Shown: positions 58,136 to 64,000 of the stretch, piece by piece
Layout: the number at the start of each line of letters is the position of its first letter
How positions within the stretch are numbered: the first letter of the stretch is position 1
Assembly: GCA_036676985.1 (NCBI GenBank)
Contig: JAKFBU010000004.1
Location: 1-64,000 of the forward strand
DNA from: Candidatus Sericytochromatia bacterium
GTDB taxonomy: Bacteria; Cyanobacteriota; Sericytochromatia; S15B-MN24; UBA4093
Length of the DNA stretch: 64,000 nucleotides
Reading direction: 5' to 3'
The notes under the pieces: model-generated
What the model was told of the DNA's origin: nothing
What the model saw: the letters and a program-made list of their open reading frames with translations, nothing else
Databases searched by the model: none
Translations under genes and position numbers: made by a program

Positions 58136-59089
58136 ATGATCGCGACCGTCACCCTCAACCCCTCGCTGGACAAGACGCTCACCGTCGATGCCCTGGTGGC
58201 GGACGACACCAACCGGGCGGTCGCCGTCCGGATCGATCCGGGCGGCAAGGGCATCAACGTCTCGCGGGTGGTGCGCGAGTTCGGCGGGCAGACGCTCGCC
58301 ATGGGCCTCTTGGGCGGCCATAACGGCAAGCTCGTCCAGGACGCCCTCAACGACGAGGGCATCAGCTGCGACTTCAACTGGATCGACGGCGAGACCCGCG
58401 AGAACCTGATCCTCGCGGACAAGCGCACCAGCGATCAGTACCGCATCAACGCCCCCGGGCCCTACGTGCGGGTCGAGGAGGGCGATCGCGTCAAGCGAAA
58501 GCTCTCGGGCTGGAGTCGGCGTCCCCAGTACATCGTCTTCTCGGGCAGCATCCCGCCCGGGCTGTCCAAGGAGATCTACCACGAGCTGATCGAGGACGCC
58601 CGCACCAAGGGCCTGAAGACGGCCCTCGACGCGGACGGCAAGGCCCTGCAGGCGGGCGTGGCGGCCCGCCCGACGGTGGTCAAGCCCAACCGCTACGAGC
58701 TCGAGCGCTTCGTCGGCCACGAGCTCCAGGGCGAGGAGGCGCTCGTGCAGGCGGGGCGCGAGCTCATCCGCCAGGGCGTCGAGCTCGTCGTGCTCTCGGA
58801 CGGGCCGCGGGCGGCCTATGCCATTTCGGCCGACGAGGTCTGGGTGGCCACCCCGCCCCCGATCGAGGCGCAGTCCGCGGTGGGCGCCGGCGACTCCATG
58901 CTCGGCGGGGTGCTCTGGAAGCTCACGTGCGGAGCCCGGCTCGAGGAGGCGCTCGCCTGGGGCGTCGCCTCGGGGGCGGCCACGGCCATGACCCCGGGCA
59001 CCGAGTTGTGCCACTTGCGGGACGTGAAGACGCTCTTGGAACAGGTCCGGGTCCGCCGCCTGGAGGCGGTGGGCTCGGCGCGCGGTTAA
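58136..59089 (+). CDS. 1-phosphofructokinase family hexose kinase (PfkB)
   Basis: TVTLNPSLD, GGKGINVS, KPNxxE, VGAGDS. Confidence 0.92.
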   Translation: MIATVTLNPSLDKTLTVDALVADDTNRAVAVRIDPGGKGINVSRVVREFGGQTLAMGLLGGHNGKLVQDALNDEGISCDFNWIDGETRENLILADKRTSDQYRINAPGPYVRVEEGDRVKRKLSGWSRRPQYIVFSGSIPPGLSKEIYHELIEDARTKGLKTALDADGKALQAGVAARPTVVKPNRYELERFVGHELQGEEALVQAGRELIRQGVELVVLSDGPRAAYAISADEVWVATPPPIEAQSAVGAGDSMLGGVLWKLTCGARLEEALAWGVASGAATAMTPGTELCHLRDVKTLLEQVRVRRLEAVGSARG

Positions 59090-59101
59090 GGAGAGGAACC
59101 C

Positions 59102-59386
59102 ATGGTTCACTTCAAGGAGGTGTCGTACTTCGTCGAGGAGCTCACATGCAAGTTCTGCGTGCGACGCGTCCTCGACGGCTTACGGGCCGTAGACGGCGTG
59201 GTCGCGGTGCGGGTCAGCAGTGCTCCGGTCCTCGACGACATGACCGGCACGGGCTACGGGATCGCCACGGTCAAGTACAACCCGGAGTTCACGGGCGTGA
59301 ACCAGCTCAAGGAGTACCTGGAAGAGGGCTTGAGCTTCACCGTCCGCGAGGTCCATGAGGAGAACCATCCGATCCGGCAGTCCTAG
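59102..59386 (+). CDS. Heavy-metal-associated (HMA) domain protein
   Basis: LTCKFCVRRV...VDGV...ATVKYNP. Confidence 0.75.
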   Translation: MVHFKEVSYFVEELTCKFCVRRVLDGLRAVDGVVAVRVSSAPVLDDMTGTGYGIATVKYNPEFTGVNQLKEYLEEGLSFTVREVHEENHPIRQS

Positions 59387-59512
59387 GCTCCGCAAGCCCT
59401 GGCGATGATTGCCTCCTTATCCGTTATCTGTTAGCATTTGCAAGGTATGGCGCGCGTGCGGCTCAGGGCGGGCTCCCGCGCCATCGCCCGGCGGCGATGC
59501 GGATAGGGGTCG

Positions 59513-62500
59513 ATGATCGAGCAACTGACCAATCGCTATCGCATCCTGTCCCTCCTGGGACAAGGAGGCATGGGCAGCGTCTTCCTCGCGGAGGACGCTA
59601 GCAGCGGCGATCGCGTGGCCCTCAAGACCCTGTCGCTGCAGAGCGCGGGCGACCCCGCCGAGGCCCTCGTCCGCTTCCGGCAGGAGTTCCGCGCCATGGC
59701 GCGCCTGCGCCACCCCAACATCGTCGAGGTCTACGACTTCGGACAGCTCGACGACGGCACGCCCTTCTTCACCATGGAGGTCGTGGAGGGCTGCGGGCTC
59801 GACGAGCGCATCCCCTTTCCGCCCGACGAGCTGCCCGGCATCCTCGCCCAGCTGTGCGGGGCCCTCTCCTTCATCCACCAGCAGGGCCTGGTCCACTGCG
59901 ACATCAAGCCCGAGAACGTCCGCCTGACGCCCGAAGGGCGCGTCAAGCTCATGGACTTCGGCCTCATGAGCCCCACGGGCCAGGCCGGCGGCTCCATCAA
60001 GGGCACGCTCGCCTACATCGCCCCCGAGGTCGCCAAGCGTGCCAAGGTGGACGCCCGCTCGGACCTCTACTCGCTGGGCGCCGTCGCCTATCACCTGCTT
60101 GCCGGTCGCCCGCCCTTCCCCGGCGAGGATCCGCTCAGCGTCCTCAAGGCCCACATGGAGCTGGACCCGGATCCCCTCCGGCCCCTGTGTCCGCAGGTCT
60201 CGGTCCCCCTGGAGCGCACCGTCATGCGCCTCCTGGAAAAGGACCCCATGGCGCGCTACCAGTCCACCTACGAGGTGCTCGCCGATCTGGGCGTCGCCAC
60301 CGAGGAGGACGACAAGGGCACGCTGTTCTCCAGCCCCTTCGTGGGCCGGACGCGGGAGCTTTCGCTCTTCGCCGAGCGGTTCGAGGCCCTCGGCCGCAAG
60401 GAGGCGAGCACGCTGCACGTGGCGGGAGCACCCGGCCAGGGTAAGACCCGCCTGCTCGAAGAGCTGCGCTACCAGGCCCAGCTCGCGGGCCGCCTCGTCC
60501 TGACGGGCCGCTCCCAGGAGGACGCCCTCCCCTACGGGCCCTTCGTGGAGGTCCTGCGCGGCGCCATCGCGAGCCTGCCGGCCGAGGCCGTGGCCCCCTT
60601 CCGGGCGCCCTTGGCGGGGCTCTTGCCCGAGCTTGCCGACGAGGGCGGCCATGCGGCCCTCGACCCCCAGAAGGAGAAGGCCCGCCTCCAGAATGCCGTC
60701 GTCGACCTCTTGGCCCTGGTGGCCAAGAGCAGCGGCCTTGTCGTCCTGATGGACGACTGGCACTGGGCCGACGCCAGCAGCCAGGAGCTCTCGGACGTCC
60801 TGGCGCGCACCCTCCAGGGCCAGCCGGTCCTCGTCTTGACCGCCGGTCGCGAGAAGCTCGGCGAGGGCATGGAGCTCGAGGCCTTCGGCCCGGACGAGGT
60901 GCGCGAGATGGCCGAGGCCATCCTGGGCAGCCGCGACCTGGACACCGCCTTCATCGCCCAGCTGCATGAGGCGACCTCCGGCAACCCGTTCTTCGTCGAG
61001 AGCGCCCTGCGCCATCTCTGGCAGGAGGGCACGCTGCGTCGCCACAAGGGCCAGTGGGTTACCGCGGGCCTCACGCTCTCGGCCACGGACCTGCCGTCGG
61101 ATGTCCACGACCTGTTGCTCAAGCGGATCGACCAGCTCTCCGGGTCGGCCGTGCGCGTCTCCGAGTTCGCCGCCGCCATGGGCCAGCCGTTCGCCGTTTC
61201 GCGCCTGCGCCGCCTGGTGCCGGGCGACGACGACGCGCTCTTCGAGGCGCTCGCCGAGCTCGCCAGCGAGGGCATCCTCCGTGAGGAGGAGGGCGTCATC
61301 CGCTTCGCGGGCGGTCAGCACGCCGAGCTGCTGTACGGTCGCCTCTCCGAAGAGGCGCGGACCCGCATCCACTCGGTCATCGCGGCGGTCCTCACGGAGG
61401 AGCTCGCCGGCGACGACCGGCTCGAGGCCCTGTTCGAGCTGGCGCGTCATCACCTCTTGAGCGACGCCCCGGAAGGTGGCGTGGGCTACGCCCTGGAGGC
61501 CGCCCGCAAGAGCTTCGCGCTTTTCGGCCTCGCCCAGGCCAAGCAGCTCCTCGAGGCGGGGCTGCCGCATGCGAGCGATCGCGCCGTGCGCCTGAGCTTC
61601 CTGCAGCTGCTGGGCGACATCGCCCGCTTCTCGTCGCAGCTGGAGCCCGCGGAGGCCTACTACGCCGAGGCCCTGCCCATCGCCCAGGAACTCGGTCTCC
61701 ACACCATGGAGGCCTCCCTGCTCTACAACCAGGGCATCCTGTTCCAGATCCGCTCGCAGTACGACCCGGCCCTGGAGAAGATCCAGGGGGCGCTCGCCAT
61801 CCTCGAGACGCACCCGAACCCGCGCGAGACCCTGCGCAGCCTGTTCGCCAAGGGGCGCCTCCACAACTTCAAGGGTGAGGGTCAGAAGGCCATCGAGACG
61901 ACCGAACGCGCGCTGGTGCTCGCCCGCGAGGTGGGCGACGTCGGCATGGAGAGCGGCTGCCTAGGCTTCCTCGGTCTGCTGTACGTCCACGGCGCACCCG
62001 ACCGCATCCAGACCGGCCTCGACTACCTCGAGGAGTCCAAGGCCATCAAGGAGCGGCTGGGCGACAAGGTCGGCATCAACGACACCCTGAACCTCCTGGG
62101 CAATGCCCAGATGGCCATCGGCCGTTTCGCGGACGCGCTCGCCTCCTTCGAGCGGGGCCTGACGCTCTGCCAGGAGCTGGGCATCCGCGACGACGAGATC
62201 TGCGCCATGCTCAACGTGGGCATGATGGCCTACGAGCTCGGCCGCTTCACCGTCGCCGTCTCCCACTGGCAGCAGGCGGTCGATGCCGCCAAGGGCTCGG
62301 GCAACGTGCTCTACCAGGGCATCGGCCTGGTGTGGCTCGCCATGGCGCATGCCAACACCGCCGACCTGGATCACGCCCGGACGCGCCTCAAGGAGGCGGA
62401 CGCCCTCGCGCTGGAGACCAAGAACAGCTACCTGGACGTGACGGTCGCGACCTTCGGGATCGAGGCGGAGCTCCTGCTCGGCCGCCTGGTGGACGCCCTG

Positions 62501-64000
62501 CGCCGCGCCGAGCGGGCGGACGCCCTGGGCAAGGAGACGGGCATCCACGAGTACGATGCCAAGCTCTGGGGCCTCAAGGCGGAGCTGTTCACGCGCCTGA
62601 GCGAGCCCGCGCTCGCGGAGGCCGAGATCCAGCGGATGCTCGAGCATGCCGAGACCAACCAGGCTCTGGGCGTGCGCGCCCGCGCGCTCGTGGCTCGTGC
62701 CTTCATCGCGAGCCGCTCGGACGATCCCGAGACCTGGCTGATCACCGTCGAGCCCGCCCTGGAGGCGGCGCGCGAGTGCCAGGCCGCGTATCTCGAGGGC
62801 TTCGCCAGCTGGATCCACGGCTCGGTGCTCCTGCGCCTGGGACAAGGCGCCCGGGCCCGCGCGGCCTTCGAGCTCGCGGCCCAGCGCGCCAAGGAGGCCG
62901 GCTGTCCCCGCCTGGACGTGCTCGCGACCTTCGGCTTCGCCCAGGTGGAGCGGAGCTCGGCCAAGGCCCACCAGATCCTGCCCAAGGCCCGGACGGCCCT
63001 TGCCGACCTGCTGAGCGTCCTGGATGCCGATGCCCAGGAGGACGTCCTCTCGTTGGACGAGCTGTGGCGCGTCCAGCAGGGCGACCTTGCGGTCGCGCTC
63101 GCCGGAGCGAGCGATGCCACGGGCTCCGGGGTCTCCGAGGGCAAGTACCTGACTGCCGTCAGCGAGCTTCGCGTCGCCCAGAGTCAGCTCGAGGAGCTGC
63201 TGCGCGCCAACGACAGCCTCCAGCGGATGGTGAACTTCGCGGCCGAGGCCCAGGGCATGCTGGATCTGCCCCAGCTGCTGGACCGCATCGCGGGCCTGGT
63301 CAAGGGCCTGGTGGAGGCCGACCGCGGCTTCGTCCTCATGCGCGAGGACGACAAGCTCCGCATCAAGGGCTCGACGCTCGACTACCGCGATCGCAACCCC
63401 CGCCACTGGCAGTTCAGCGAGACGATCGCCGAGCGCGCCTACCAGGAGGGCCGCGCGGTCTTCATGCAGGATGCGAGTGAGGACGCCGGCGCGTCGCGCA
63501 GCGTGATGGACCTCCAGATCCGCACGGTGCTCTGCGTGCCCCTGATCCACCGCGACCAGACCGTGGCGCTCGTCTACGTGGACCGGCACACGGTGGGCGG
63601 CGAGTTCAGCGAGGACGACCGGGTGCTGGTCGAGAGCTTCGCCTCGCAGGCGGCCCAGGCCATCGTCAACGCGCAGCTGCACGTGGAGAGCGAGGCGCGA
63701 TCGCGCCAGCTCGAGATGCTCAACAACCTGGCGCGCACCGTCTCGACGACCCTCGTGCTCGCGGAGGTCATCGACAACATCATCGACTTCACGCTCAAGC
63801 TGACGGGCGCGGATCGGGCCTTCATCCTGCTCACGGACGACGGCGAGGTCCTGCGCTGCGACGCGGCCAAGGATCGCATGGGCAACGTGCTCACGGACTC
63901 CGGCGAGAAGGTGTCCATGAGCATCACGCAGCGCGTGCTGTCGACCCTCGAGGCCGAGTGCGTGCTCGACACCAAGGATCACGAGCGCTTCGCCGCCCAG
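59513..64000 (+). CDS. Giant Ser/Thr kinase - NTPase - TPR - GAF signalling protein; truncated at right edge (absent from ORF track)
   Basis: Read from DNA: LGQGGMGSV, VALK, HCDIKPEN, DFG, GTLAYIAPE; GAPGQGKT and MDDWHWAD; TPR-like helices; two GAF-like segments. Confidence 0.92.
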   Translation, partial: MIEQLTNRYRILSLLGQGGMGSVFLAEDASSGDRVALKTLSLQSAGDPAEALVRFRQEFRAMARLRHPNIVEVYDFGQLDDGTPFFTMEVVEGCGLDERIPFPPDELPGILAQLCGALSFIHQQGLVHCDIKPENVRLTPEGRVKLMDFGLMSPTGQAGGSIKGTLAYIAPEVAKRAKVDARSDLYSLGAVAYHLLAGRPPFPGEDPLSVLKAHMELDPDPLRPLCPQVSVPLERTVMRLLEKDPMARYQSTYEVLADLGVATEEDDKGTLFSSPFVGRTRELSLFAERFEALGRKEASTLHVAGAPGQGKTRLLEELRYQAQLAGRLVLTGRSQEDALPYGPFVEVLRGAIASLPAEAVAPFRAPLAGLLPELADEGGHAALDPQKEKARLQNAVVDLLALVAKSSGLVVLMDDWHWADASSQELSDVLARTLQGQPVLVLTAGREKLGEGMELEAFGPDEVREMAEAILGSRDLDTAFIAQLHEATSGNPFFVESALRHLWQEGTLRRHKGQWVTAGLTLSATDLPSDVHDLLLKRIDQLSGSAVRVSEFAAAMGQPFAVSRLRRLVPGDDDALFEALAELASEGILREEEGVIRFAGGQHAELLYGRLSEEARTRIHSVIAAVLTEELAGDDRLEALFELARHHLLSDAPEGGVGYALEAARKSFALFGLAQAKQLLEAGLPHASDRAVRLSFLQLLGDIARFSSQLEPAEAYYAEALPIAQELGLHTMEASLLYNQGILFQIRSQYDPALEKIQGALAILETHPNPRETLRSLFAKGRLHNFKGEGQKAIETTERALVLAREVGDVGMESGCLGFLGLLYVHGAPDRIQTGLDYLEESKAIKERLGDKVGINDTLNLLGNAQMAIGRFADALASFERGLTLCQELGIRDDEICAMLNVGMMAYELGRFTVAVSHWQQAVDAAKGSGNVLYQGIGLVWLAMAHANTADLDHARTRLKEADALALETKNSYLDVTVATFGIEAELLLGRLVDALRRAERADALGKETGIHEYDAKLWGLKAELFTRLSEPALAEAEIQRMLEHAETNQALGVRARALVARAFIASRSDDPETWLITVEPALEAARECQAAYLEGFASWIHGSVLLRLGQGARARAAFELAAQRAKEAGCPRLDVLATFGFAQVERSSAKAHQILPKARTALADLLSVLDADAQEDVLSLDELWRVQQGDLAVALAGASDATGSGVSEGKYLTAVSELRVAQSQLEELLRANDSLQRMVNFAAEAQGMLDLPQLLDRIAGLVKGLVEADRGFVLMREDDKLRIKGSTLDYRDRNPRHWQFSETIAERAYQEGRAVFMQDASEDAGASRSVMDLQIRTVLCVPLIHRDQTVALVYVDRHTVGGEFSEDDRVLVESFASQAAQAIVNAQLHVESEARSRQLEMLNNLARTVSTTLVLAEVIDNIIDFTLKLTGADRAFILLTDDGEVLRCDAAKDRMGNVLTDSGEKVSMSITQRVLSTLEAECVLDTKDHERFAAQ

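Overview
High-GC (roughly two-thirds G+C by eye) chromosomal window from a diderm, flagellated bacterium. The gene mix (LptD-like barrel, loop-less CC-adding-type nucleotidyltransferase, frequent GCGATCGC, many orphan lipoproteins) suggests a non-photosynthetic relative of Cyanobacteria such as Sericytochromatia; this is inference only. Housekeeping genes: fliH-fliI, ABC-F, rarA, nadB-nadC, hemW, an opp/dpp operon, an Omp85-family protein, a divergent GDH-family enzyme, ROK and PfkB kinases, and a giant Ser/Thr kinase running off the right edge. Most notable: (1) four paralogous ~150 bp units at 49.5-53.8 kb that read on the minus strand as promoter + ~70 nt anti-SD-like sRNA + terminator, interleaved with a selenoprotein, a PARP-like protein and a phospholipase D; (2) a SelW/Rdx selenoprotein (CxxU, in-frame TGA) missed by the ORF track; (3) two lipoprotein operons whose members share a first-strand + [RY]x[TA]QA loop architecture reminiscent of type V pilins, one carrying its own proteases; (4) a DUF559 nuclease whose stop codon lies inside a REPIN-like palindrome doublet, with a second orphan doublet at 18.1 kb; (5) a ~200 nt structured leader that can sequester the RBS and start codon of a small gene; (6) a low-GC two-gene islet. 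No rRNA, tRNA, CRISPR array, integrase or transposase was recognised. All family assignments are from motifs read by eye, not database searches.
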